Shown here one piece after another: positions 8,653 through 17,235 of a stretch of 64,000 bases of DNA (positions are counted from its first letter, which is position 1; every line of letters starts with the position of its first letter). The stretch comes from Pseudomonadota bacterium (GTDB lineage Bacteria > Pseudomonadota > Alphaproteobacteria > Sphingomonadales > Sphingomonadaceae): contig JAZKJE010000005.1 in NCBI GenBank assembly GCA_040384525.1, forward strand, positions 134,541 to 198,540. Reading direction: 5' to 3'. The position numbers and the translations under genes are program-made. Under the pieces are notes generated by a model, which saw only the letters and a list, made by a program, of their open reading frames with translations, did no database searches and was not told the origin of the DNA.

Positions 8653-9048
8653 TCAGTCGCGTGAACGAAAATCCATGCTCACCGAATTGATGCAGTAGCG
8701 AAGGCCCGTGGGCGGAGGGCCATCGGGGAAGACATGGCCCTGATGCCCGTCACACCGTGCGCAGCGCACTTCTACGCGGGTCATGCCGTGGCTGACGTCC
8801 TTGTGCTCGACCACATTCCCGGGATCGACCGGATTGGTGAAGCTGGGCCAGCCCGATCCCGAATCGAACTTGTCGGCGCTGTCAAACAGCTCGAGCTTGC
8901 AGCCGGCGCAGAGATACACTCCGTCCACCTTGTTATCGGTGAAGCGCCCGGCAAAGGCGCGCTCGGTGCCTGCTTCGCGCAGCACATGATATTGTTCGGC
9001 AGTGAGTCGCTGGCGCCACTCGGACTCGGACAGGTTCAGATGCTCCAT
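8653..9048 (-). CDS. msrB: peptide-methionine (R)-S-oxide reductase
   Basis: Two CxxC zinc motifs (CAGC, CARC) and the catalytic RYCINS. ATG at 9048; the ORF track starts at TTG 9054. Confidence 0.93.
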   Translation of the reverse strand: MEHLNLSESEWRQRLTAEQYHVLREAGTERAFAGRFTDNKVDGVYLCAGCKLELFDSADKFDSGSGWPSFTNPVDPGNVVEHKDVSHGMTRVEVRCARCDGHQGHVFPDGPPPTGLRYCINSVSMDFRSRD

Positions 9049-9080
9049 ACCCAATCATGTGTGGCTCCGACCGGCCTTCG

Positions 9081-9581
9081 TCAATCCGCCTTGATACTAA
9101 CCCTGGTTAAGCCGTCTTTTGTCTTGAGCTGTTGTTTCAGCACATCGGCGGGCGGTGCCCAGAGAAAGCCGAAGCTGACTGTGCCATGCTTGCTCTCCAC
9201 CGCATGATGCAGCCGGTGTGCCTGCACGATCCGCTTCATGTAGCGCGAGCGCGCGACATAACGGTGCGGCAGGCGCTGGTGGACGATGACGTCATGGAAG
9301 CCGAAATAGATCGCGCCATATCCGGCGATGCCGGCGCCGATCCATGTGAAACCCGGCCACCAGCCAAGCTGGACCCCGCCATAAAGCAACAGGATCGACG
9401 GCACCGCGAAGATCACGGCGTAGAGATCGTTGAGCTCCCAATTTCCCGCGCGCGCCCGGTGATGGCTTTCGTGGAGGAACCAGCCGATCCCATGCATCAC
9501 CCAGCGGTGCATCACATAAGCGAATCCCTCCATCGCTAGGATGGTGGCGACGAAGATCGAGATGCCGATAGTCCAGTGCAT
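9081..9581 (-). CDS. crtZ: beta-carotene 3-hydroxylase
   Basis: 166 aa, collinear with Pantoea-type CrtZ. His boxes HESHH, HDVIVHQR and HRLHHAV are present, plus NDLYAVIFAVPSILL. Confidence 0.88.
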   Translation of the reverse strand: MHWTIGISIFVATILAMEGFAYVMHRWVMHGIGWFLHESHHRARAGNWELNDLYAVIFAVPSILLLYGGVQLGWWPGFTWIGAGIAGYGAIYFGFHDVIVHQRLPHRYVARSRYMKRIVQAHRLHHAVESKHGTVSFGFLWAPPADVLKQQLKTKDGLTRVSIKAD

Positions 9582-9703
9582 ATTGGCGTATATAGCTCAG
9601 CTTTGCTGCACCTGCGAGGTTGTGGGGGTAGATTCACCTGGTCCGCTGTGCTTTAGGCAAGGCCACATTCCCGATCAGCTACAATGCGAGGGCGCGTCTT
9701 CCC

Positions 9704-10903
9704 ATGAACATCCACGAATATCAGGCCAAGGAATTGCTGGCAAAATACGGCGCGCCGATCGCGGCGGGCCATGCAGCTTTCACGGTCGAAGAGGCCGTTG
9801 AGGCTGCCAAGCAACTCCCCGGCCCGCTTTATGTGGTGAAGTCGCAGATCCACGCCGGTGGCCGCGGCAAGGGCAAGTTCAAGGAACTGGCGCCTGAGGC
9901 AAAGGGCGGCGTTCGCCTGGCCTTCAACCTGGATGAAGTGCGCGCGCACGCAACCGACATGCTGGGCAACACGCTGGTGACGATCCAGACCGGTGAGGCC
10001 GGCAAGCAGGTCAACCGCCTCTACATCACCGACGGCGCCGACATCGCGAAGGAATTCTACCTCGCTTTGCTCGTCGATCGCGGCAGCAGCGAGATCGCGT
10101 TCGTCGTTTCGACCGAAGGCGGCATGGACATCGAGGAAGTCGCGCATTCGACTCCGGAAAAGATCCTCAATTTCTCGGTCGATCCCGCGACCGGCTTCAT
10201 GCCGCACCATGGCCGCGCGATCGCTGCGGCGCTGGGCCTGACCGGTGATCTCGCCAAGCAGGCGCACAAGGTTGCCGCCTCGCTCTACGCCGCGTTCGTC
10301 GCGACCGACGCCGAACAGATCGAAATCAATCCGCTGGCGCTGACCGAGCAGGGTAATCTCCTTGTCCTCGATGCCAAGATGGCGTTCGATGGCAATGCGA
10401 TGTTCCGCCACAAGGATCTGATGGAACTGCGCGACGAGAGCGAGGAGGATCCGGCCGAGCTGGAAGCTTCGAAGTACGACCTGGCCTATATCAAGCTCGA
10501 TGGCGACATTGGCTGCATGGTCAACGGTGCGGGTCTCGCGATGGCGACGATGGACATCATCAAGCTCAACGGCATGTTCCCGGCCAACTTCCTCGATGTC
10601 GGCGGTGGCGCGACCAAGGAAAAGGTGACGGCAGCGTTCAAGATCATCCTCAAGGATCCGAACGTAAAGGGCATCCTGGTCAACATCTTCGGCGGCATCA
10701 TGCGCTGCGACATCATCGCAGAAGGCATCGTTGCAGCGGCGAAGGAAGTGAACCTTTCGGTGCCGCTGGTGGTTCGCCTCGAAGGCACCAACGTCCAGCA
10801 GGGCAAGGATATTCTCGCCAATTCGGGTCTGCCCATCGTTGCGGCAAACGATCTGGGCGACGCGGCAAAGAAGATTGTGGCCGAGGTCAAGCAGGCAGCC
10901 TGA
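9704..10903 (+). CDS. sucC: succinate--CoA ligase (ADP-forming) beta subunit
   Basis: [16 protein letters not shown]...[16 protein letters not shown]. 399 aa, canonical SucC. Confidence 0.95.
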   Translation: MNIHEYQAKELLAKYGAPIAAGHAAFTVEEAVEAAKQLPGPLYVVKSQIHAGGRGKGKFKELAPEAKGGVRLAFNLDEVRAHATDMLGNTLVTIQTGEAGKQVNRLYITDGADIAKEFYLALLVDRGSSEIAFVVSTEGGMDIEEVAHSTPEKILNFSVDPATGFMPHHGRAIAAALGLTGDLAKQAHKVAASLYAAFVATDAEQIEINPLALTEQGNLLVLDAKMAFDGNAMFRHKDLMELRDESEEDPAELEASKYDLAYIKLDGDIGCMVNGAGLAMATMDIIKLNGMFPANFLDVGGGATKEKVTAAFKIILKDPNVKGILVNIFGGIMRCDIIAEGIVAAAKEVNLSVPLVVRLEGTNVQQGKDILANSGLPIVAANDLGDAAKKIVAEVKQAA

Positions 10904-10971
10904 TAAGGCGCACTTGATTTCGGCATCGAGCCTATCCTCCCCAGGACAGGATCGAAGCATAGGAGAGTGGT

Positions 10972-11724
10972 GTGAAAATACTCGTACCGGTCAAGCGGGT
11001 GCTTGATTACAATGTGAAGCCTCGCGTGAAGGCGGATGGCACGGGCGTCGATCTGGCGAACGTGAAGATGAGCATGAACCCGTTCGACGAGATCGCCGTG
11101 GAAGAGGCGATCCGTCTGAAGGAAAAGGGCGCTGCCACCGAAGTGGTGGTGGTGACGATCGGCGTGGCCAAGGCCGAGACCGACGTGCTGCTCACTGCGC
11201 GTGCAATGGGTGCGGATCGTGCGATCCTTATTGCCACCGATGACGAGATCGAGCCGCTCGGCGTCGCCAAATTGCTTAAGGCAGTTTGCGACGAAGAGCA
11301 GCCGGGTCTCGTGATTCTCGGCAAGCAGGCAATCGACGATGACAGCAACCAGACCGGCCAGATGCTGGCGGCTCTGCTCGGCTGGCCGCAGGGTACGTTC
11401 GCGTCGAAGATCGACGTGACCGGCGACCGGATCGTGGTGATCCGCGAAGTCGATGGTGGGCTCGAGACCGTGGATCTCAAGGCTCCCGCGATCGTGACGA
11501 CCGATCTTCGCCTCAACGAGCCGCGCTATGCGACGCTGCCAAACATCATGAAGGCGAAGTCCAAGCCGGTCGCGAAGAAGACCATCGCCGATTACGGCGT
11601 GGACGCATCGCCGCGCCTGACCACGCTGAAGGTTGTCGAGCCGGCCAAGCGCTCGGCGGGCATCAAGGTGCCTGACGTCGACACGCTGGTCGTGAAGCTC
11701 AAGGAAATGGGAGTCGCCAAGTGA
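10972..11724 (+). CDS. etfB: electron transfer flavoprotein beta subunit
   Basis: GTG start preceded by [34 protein letters not shown] is canonical EtfB. Confidence 0.95.
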   Translation: MKILVPVKRVLDYNVKPRVKADGTGVDLANVKMSMNPFDEIAVEEAIRLKEKGAATEVVVVTIGVAKAETDVLLTARAMGADRAILIATDDEIEPLGVAKLLKAVCDEEQPGLVILGKQAIDDDSNQTGQMLAALLGWPQGTFASKIDVTGDRIVVIREVDGGLETVDLKAPAIVTTDLRLNEPRYATLPNIMKAKSKPVAKKTIADYGVDASPRLTTLKVVEPAKRSAGIKVPDVDTLVVKLKEMGVAK

Positions 11725-12650
11725 AGACGCTCGTCTGGGTCGAACACGACAATGCCTCCGTCAAGGACGCCACCCTCGCCGTCGTCACCGCTGCTTCGCA
11801 GCTGGGTGAAGTCCATCTCCTCGTCGCAGGCGCGGGCTGCAAGGCTGTGGCCGATCAGGCCGCCGGCATTGCGGGCGTGGGCAAGGTCCATCTCGCCGAT
11901 GACGCGGTGCTGGGCCATGCACTCGCCGAAAACGTCGCGCCGCTGATCGTCAGCCTAATGGGCGACCATGATGCGGTGCTCTTCCCCGCGACGAGCAACG
12001 GCAAGAACATCGCACCGCGCGTCGCTGCCTTGCTCGACGTGATGCAGATCAGCGATATCCTGAGCGTCGAAGGTGCCGACACCTTCACGCGCCCGATCTA
12101 TGCCGGAAACGCCATCGCCACCGTGAAGACCAGCGACAAGAAGCTGGTGATCACCGTGCGCGGCACTGCCTTCGCCAAGGCGGCGATGACAGGTGGCAGC
12201 GGTTCGGTCGAAGCCGTGAGCGGCGCGAGCGATGCGGGTGTGTCCAAGTTCGTCTCGGCAGAGATCGCAAAGAGCGAACGCCCCGAATTGACCGCCGCCA
12301 AGGTGATCGTATCGGGCGGCCGCGCGCTGCAGAACTCCGAGAACTTCCACTCGATCATCGAGCCGCTCGCCGACAAGCTCGGCGCCGCGGTCGGCGCATC
12401 GCGCGCCGCAGTCGATGCCGGCTATGTCCCGAACGACTATCAGGTCGGCCAGACCGGCAAGATCGTCGCTCCCGAAGTGTATATCGCGATCGGCATTTCC
12501 GGCGCGATCCAGCATTTGGCGGGCATGAAGGACAGCAAGACGATCATCGCGATCAACAAGGACGAAGACGCACCGATCTTCCAGGTCGCCGACATCGGCC
12601 TCGTCGGCGATCTGTTCAAGATCGTGCCGGAGCTCACCGAAAAGCTCTGA
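11721..12650 (+). CDS. etfA: electron transfer flavoprotein alpha subunit
   Basis: GTG start overlaps the etfB stop (GTGA). The FAD-binding C-terminus is [37 protein letters not shown]. Confidence 0.95.
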   Translation: MKTLVWVEHDNASVKDATLAVVTAASQLGEVHLLVAGAGCKAVADQAAGIAGVGKVHLADDAVLGHALAENVAPLIVSLMGDHDAVLFPATSNGKNIAPRVAALLDVMQISDILSVEGADTFTRPIYAGNAIATVKTSDKKLVITVRGTAFAKAAMTGGSGSVEAVSGASDAGVSKFVSAEIAKSERPELTAAKVIVSGGRALQNSENFHSIIEPLADKLGAAVGASRAAVDAGYVPNDYQVGQTGKIVAPEVYIAIGISGAIQHLAGMKDSKTIIAINKDEDAPIFQVADIGLVGDLFKIVPELTEKL

Positions 12651-12670
12651 GGCTGATCGGCTGAAACAAC

Positions 12671-12704
12671 AAAAGCCGCCCGGAAGTGATTCCGGGCGGC
12701 TTTT
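12671..12704 (+). terminator. intrinsic terminator after etfA
   Basis: AAAA-GCCGCCCGGA-agtgat-TCCGGGCGGC-TTTT: a 10-bp perfect GC-rich stem with a T tract. Confidence 0.75.
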
Positions 12705-12779
12705 GCGTGCGTCAGACGCAACCATGGCTGCGTGCCCAGCGCGTTGACGCTTGTCCGCATCAGCGCCACGCCCCTGCGC

Positions 12780-13976
12780 ATGCAATCTCCTGAAGCTCCC
12801 CGCGCCACCCCGGTTGCGCTCGTCCATTTTGCGCTCGCGATGGGCGGGTTTGCGATCGGCACCACCGAATTCGCGACGATGAGCCTTGTGCCCTATTTCG
12901 CCGAAGGGCTGGGGATTGATGAGCCGACTGCGGGGCATGTCATCAGCGCCTATGCGTTGGGGGTGGTGGTCGGGGCACCATTGCTTGCGGTGCTGGGTGC
13001 GCGGCTGTCGCGGCATACGCTGCTGATCCTCCTGATGGCGTCGTTCGGCATCTTCAACGGGCTGAGCGCGCTGGCACCCGATTATCACTGGATGCTGGTC
13101 TTCCGCTTTCTGAGCGGGTTGCCGCACGGGGCTTATTTCGGGATCGCGGCACTGGTCGCGGCATCGCTGGTGCCGGCGAACAAGCGCAGCCAGGCGGTAG
13201 GGCGCGTGCTGCTGGGGCTGACGGTGGCGACGGTGATCGGCGTGCCCTTTGCCAATTGGCTGGGGCAGGCGATCGGCTGGCGCTGGGGCTTTGGCGTGGT
13301 CGCCTTGCTGGCGCTGCTGACCATGGCGCTAGTGTATCGATTCGCGCCGCGCGATTTGGCGGATCGCACCGCCAGCCCGCTCGCGGAACTGGTCGCGCTG
13401 AAGAATATGCAGGTGTGGCTGACGCTGGGCATCGGTGCCGTCGGCTTTGGCGGGCTGTTTTGCGTCTACACCTATGTCGCATCGACCTTGCTCGAAGTGA
13501 CGCGGGCACCGGCGGCATCCTTGCCGCTGATCTTCGCGATTTTCGGCATGGGCATGACTGCGGGCAATCTGATCGTGCCGCGCTTTGCCGATCGCGCGCT
13601 GATGCCGACGGCCGCGGTGCTGCTGCTATGGAGCGCGGTGGCGCTGGCGCTATATCCGCTCGCGGCGGGCAATATCTGGACGATCTCGATCAACATCTTC
13701 GCCATCGGCTTTGCCGGAGCGCTGGGATCGGTGCTTCAGGTGCGGCTGATGGACGTGGCGGGCAAGGCCCAGGGGCTGGCGGCCGCGCTCAACCATTCGG
13801 CGTTCAACACCGCCAATGCGCTGGGCCCGTGGCTGGGCGGGATGGCGATTGCGGGCGGCTATGGCCTGACCTCTACCGGCTGGGTCGGCGCGTTGCTGTC
13901 GCTGGGCGGACTGGCGATCCTCGGCGTGGCTTTACTGGTCGAAGCCGCGCAGAAACGACGCCACGTTCTCGCCTAA
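12780..13976 (+). CDS. MFS transporter (AraJ/DHA1-like)
   Basis: ATG at 12780 ([40 protein letters not shown]). About 12 predicted hydrophobic helices. The upstream part of ORF 12732 is probably not translated. Confidence 0.8.
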   Translation: MQSPEAPRATPVALVHFALAMGGFAIGTTEFATMSLVPYFAEGLGIDEPTAGHVISAYALGVVVGAPLLAVLGARLSRHTLLILLMASFGIFNGLSALAPDYHWMLVFRFLSGLPHGAYFGIAALVAASLVPANKRSQAVGRVLLGLTVATVIGVPFANWLGQAIGWRWGFGVVALLALLTMALVYRFAPRDLADRTASPLAELVALKNMQVWLTLGIGAVGFGGLFCVYTYVASTLLEVTRAPAASLPLIFAIFGMGMTAGNLIVPRFADRALMPTAAVLLLWSAVALALYPLAAGNIWTISINIFAIGFAGALGSVLQVRLMDVAGKAQGLAAALNHSAFNTANALGPWLGGMAIAGGYGLTSTGWVGALLSLGGLAILGVALLVEAAQKRRHVLA

Positions 13977-14340
13977 CGCCCCGGCGGCGTACCCGCCCTC
14001 CATCGCGATTACCGTGGGCCAGCCGCGCGAAGCAACATCGCTGGCGAGCACCGCATAATCGGAATGTAGCAGCTCGAAGTGCGAGATCGGATCCTCGGCA
14101 AAGGTGTCTGCACCGAAGCTGAGCACCAATAGTCCGGGATCGAACGCGGTGATGGCATCAAGGGCTTTCCGCGCGGATCGTCGCCTCTCCATGATCGGAG
14201 GGAAGCTCGAAGCCATTGAGCGCAGCCACGATCGATTTGGCGCGACAGGGGGTTTCAGCGTGGGGAACATAGGCGCCGTTGTGGAGCTCAAGCGCGGGCG
14301 CATGGGCCAGCTGGCGGGGATCGAAGAAGCGGCGGATCAC
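13932..14340 (-). pseudogene. histone deacetylase/acetylpolyamine amidohydrolase family gene remnant (internal deletion plus frameshift)
   Basis: Frame A (14340-14158) encodes an HDAC-family N-terminus, VIRRFFDPRQLAHAPALELHNGAYVPHAETPCRAKSIVAAL...DHGEATIRA. A different frame (from about 14162 to 13932) encodes the family C-terminus, ALDAITAFDPGLLVLSFGADTFAEDPISHFELLHSDY...MEGGYA. The whole catalytic core is missing. Confidence 0.6.
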
Positions 14341-15551
14341 TTCGCCACTTTTGCGGTGCGCAGAACGATAAATCCAGCCAGCGCCGACAGCACCGATCCC
14401 GCCAGCACGCCGATCTTGACCTCATCCACCAATTCGGGCCGCCCCGGAAAGGCGAGGCCGCCGATGAACAGGCTCATCGTAAAGCCGATGCCGGCGAGCA
14501 GGCTCACGCCATAGATCTGCGTCCAGCTGGCATGGCCCGGCTTTTTCGCAAAGCCAGTCTTCACGGCGATCCAGACGCTGCCGAAAATGCCGATCTGCTT
14601 GCCGAAGAACAGCCCGAGCATGATCCCGAGCGGCAGCGGTGCAAACAGGATCGCGGGCGACATGCCCGCCAGCGAAACCCCGGCATTGGCAAAGCCGAAC
14701 AGTGGCACGATCAGGAAGGCCGACCAGGGATGCAGGCCACGCTCCAGCCGGTGCAGCGGCGAGGTGACGTCGTCGGGCTGGCCGGGTGATTTGACGATCG
14801 GGATGGTCATCGCCGCCGCCACGCCTGCGATGGTCGCATGCACGCCAGAGAGGAAGACGAGGAACCAGAGCAGCAGCGCCATCAGCAGGTAGAAAGCGAG
14901 TCGCTGCACGCCGCAGCGGTTCATGGCGACCATCGCGGCGAGCACGACAGCCGCGCCACCCAGAGCGAGCAGGTTGATATGCGCGGTGTAGGCAACCGCG
15001 ATGATCGCGACCGCGCCCATATCGTCGACGATCGCCACGGTGGTGAGGAACAGCTTGAGCGATGCAGGTGCGCGGCTGCCGAGCAATGCCAGCACGCCAA
15101 TTGCAAAGGCGATATCTGTGGCGGCGGGGATCGCCCAGCCTGCGCCAAGGCCGGGCGTGGAGGATGTCGCGAGCAGATAAAGGATAGCGGGCCCGATCAT
15201 GCCTGCCGCCGCCGCGACCACGGGGAGTCTTCGCCGATCCCAGCTCGCGAGCCGCCCATCGACGAACTCGCGCTTGATCTCGAGCCCGACGAGCAGGAAG
15301 AACGCCGCCATCAGCCCGTCATTGATCCAAAGATGCACCGTCATCGGGCCATGCACCGCCGACAGCACCGGGCCGGTCTCCAGATGGAGCAGGTGGAAAT
15401 AGGCGTCGGACACGCCCGGCAAATTTGCCGCGAGCATCGCCAGCGCCGCAGCCGCGATCAGAAAGATGCCGCCCGCCGCTTCGCTGTGGAGAAAATCGCG
15501 TAGCGCCGATTCCGGCTTTTCGTCTTCCTTGGCGGGCTCGGTTGCGCTCAT
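14337..15551 (-). CDS. nhaA: Na+/H+ antiporter NhaA
   Basis: 404 aa polytopic protein. FLHSEAAGGIFLIAAAALAMLAANLP and IAIVDDMGAV are typical of NhaA. The start overlaps the lysK stop (ATGA). Confidence 0.93.
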   Translation of the reverse strand: MSATEPAKEDEKPESALRDFLHSEAAGGIFLIAAAALAMLAANLPGVSDAYFHLLHLETGPVLSAVHGPMTVHLWINDGLMAAFFLLVGLEIKREFVDGRLASWDRRRLPVVAAAAGMIGPAILYLLATSSTPGLGAGWAIPAATDIAFAIGVLALLGSRAPASLKLFLTTVAIVDDMGAVAIIAVAYTAHINLLALGGAAVVLAAMVAMNRCGVQRLAFYLLMALLLWFLVFLSGVHATIAGVAAAMTIPIVKSPGQPDDVTSPLHRLERGLHPWSAFLIVPLFGFANAGVSLAGMSPAILFAPLPLGIMLGLFFGKQIGIFGSVWIAVKTGFAKKPGHASWTQIYGVSLLAGIGFTMSLFIGGLAFPGRPELVDEVKIGVLAGSVLSALAGFIVLRTAKVAK

Positions 15552-17125
15552 GCCTTGGCCAATGCCTCTGCGATCAGCTTGCGGCTATTCTCGACGCCAT
15601 AAAGCGCGATGAAACTGCCCATACGCGGTCCCTGCTCCGAGCCCAGCAAGGTTTCGTACAGCGTCTTGAACCAGTCGCGCAGGGCTTCCTTGCCGAAGCG
15701 CTCCTTGCCGATCTCGTAGACGATATTCTGGATATCCTCGGCAGAGGCATTCTCGCCCAATCCGGCGAGCAGGCGATCGAGATCCTGCAGTGCTGCCACT
15801 TCGATACCCGCAGGCGCGCGGCGCACCGGCTTTTCCGCCACGTCGCGCACATAGTTGAGCGCATAGCCGATCAGATTGTCGAGCGCCGGATAGGCTTCCG
15901 GCGTCGCGTCGGGCACATAATTGGCGAGATAGCCCCAGACCTGCTCCTTGCTGGCCTCGCCCATCACGCCGACGAGATTGAGCAGCAGCCCGAAGGTGAC
16001 GGGAAGCGCCTCGGCAGGCGGCATGCCGTTGTGAACGTGGTGCACCGGATTGCCGAGCTGCTGGGCTATTTCCTGCGCGGGATAATTGCCGCGGAACTGC
16101 CAATAATCGTCGATGGCGCGCGGGATCAGGCCAAGGTGGAGTGCCTTTGCCTTTTTCGGTTCGCGATAGATGTAGAATGCCAGCGATTCATCGGGGCCAT
16201 AGGTCAGCCATTGCTCGATCGAGAGGCCATTGCCCTTGGACTTGGAGATCTTCTCGCCCTTGGCATCAAGGAACAGCTCATAGATCAGCCCCTCGGGCCT
16301 GCGGGCCCCAAGGATCTGCGCGATCTTGCCGCCGAGTATGCCCGAATCGATCAGATCCTTGCCGTACATCTCGTAATCCACGCCCAATGCCGCCCAGCGC
16401 ATCCCCCAATCGGGCTTCCACTGGAGCTTGGCCTGCCCCCCGAAGATCGATTGCTCGATGGTTTCGCCTTCATCGACGAAGCGGATGATCCCGGCCTCCG
16501 CATCGACCACTTCTACCGGCACCTGAAGAACGATGCCGCTCTTCGGGCTGATCGGCAGCACCGGCGAATAGGTTGCCTGGCGCTCTGCACGAAGGGTGGG
16601 GAGCATTACGCCCATGATCGCGTCGTACTTGCGCAGCACCTCGCGCAGCGTCTCGTCGAAACGGCCGCTGGCATAATATTCGGTCGAGGAGGCGAACTCA
16701 TATTCGAAGCCGAAGCGATCGAGGAATTCGCGGAGCATCGCATTGTTGTGCGCGGCAAAGCTCTCATGCGTGCCGAACGGATCGGGGATGCGGCTGAGCG
16801 GCTTGCCGAGATGGGTGGTCAGCATCTCCTTGTTCGGCACATTGTCCGGCACCTTGCGCAGGCCGTCCATGTCATCGCTGAACGCGATCAGGCGGGTGGG
16901 GAGCCCCGTCATCTCCTCATAGGCCTTGCGCACCATCGTCGTGCGCAGAACCTCCTGGAACGTGCCGATATGCGGCAGGCCCGATGGGCCATAGCCAGTC
17001 TCGAACAGCATGGGCGATCCATCGGGCTTGCCGTCCGGATAGCGTTTTACGAGCTTGCGGGCCTCTTCATAGGGCCAGGCCTTGGATTCGAGCGCGGCTG
17101 CGCGAAGGGTCTGCGTGTCGGTCAT
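15548..17125 (-). CDS. lysK: lysine--tRNA ligase, class I
   Basis: MTDTQTL...FETGYGPSGLPHIGTFQEV carries the HIGH motif, and KISKSKGNG the KMSKS-like motif. Class I LysRS is typical of alphaproteobacteria. ATG at 17125; the ORF track begins at 17137. Confidence 0.92.
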   Translation of the reverse strand: MTDTQTLRAAALESKAWPYEEARKLVKRYPDGKPDGSPMLFETGYGPSGLPHIGTFQEVLRTTMVRKAYEEMTGLPTRLIAFSDDMDGLRKVPDNVPNKEMLTTHLGKPLSRIPDPFGTHESFAAHNNAMLREFLDRFGFEYEFASSTEYYASGRFDETLREVLRKYDAIMGVMLPTLRAERQATYSPVLPISPKSGIVLQVPVEVVDAEAGIIRFVDEGETIEQSIFGGQAKLQWKPDWGMRWAALGVDYEMYGKDLIDSGILGGKIAQILGARRPEGLIYELFLDAKGEKISKSKGNGLSIEQWLTYGPDESLAFYIYREPKKAKALHLGLIPRAIDDYWQFRGNYPAQEIAQQLGNPVHHVHNGMPPAEALPVTFGLLLNLVGVMGEASKEQVWGYLANYVPDATPEAYPALDNLIGYALNYVRDVAEKPVRRAPAGIEVAALQDLDRLLAGLGENASAEDIQNIVYEIGKERFGKEALRDWFKTLYETLLGSEQGPRMGSFIALYGVENSRKLIAEALAKA

Positions 17126-17199
17126 GTTGCAGTGCATCTAACCGAGAGCAGCGCACCTCGCCACCCTTTGCGCCGCGCCTCACTTTCGGCAATCGAGCT

Positions 17200-17214
17200 G
17201 TTTCCCTTTCGTTC
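17200..17214 (+). promoter_or_regulatory. near-consensus SOS box (GTTT-N7-GTTC)
   Basis: GTTTCCCTTTCGTTC lies 22 nt upstream of the helicase GTG start and has one mismatch to GTTC-N7-GTTC. Confidence 0.3.
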
Positions 17215-17235
17215 CCGCCCGGCTATCTTGCCCAG

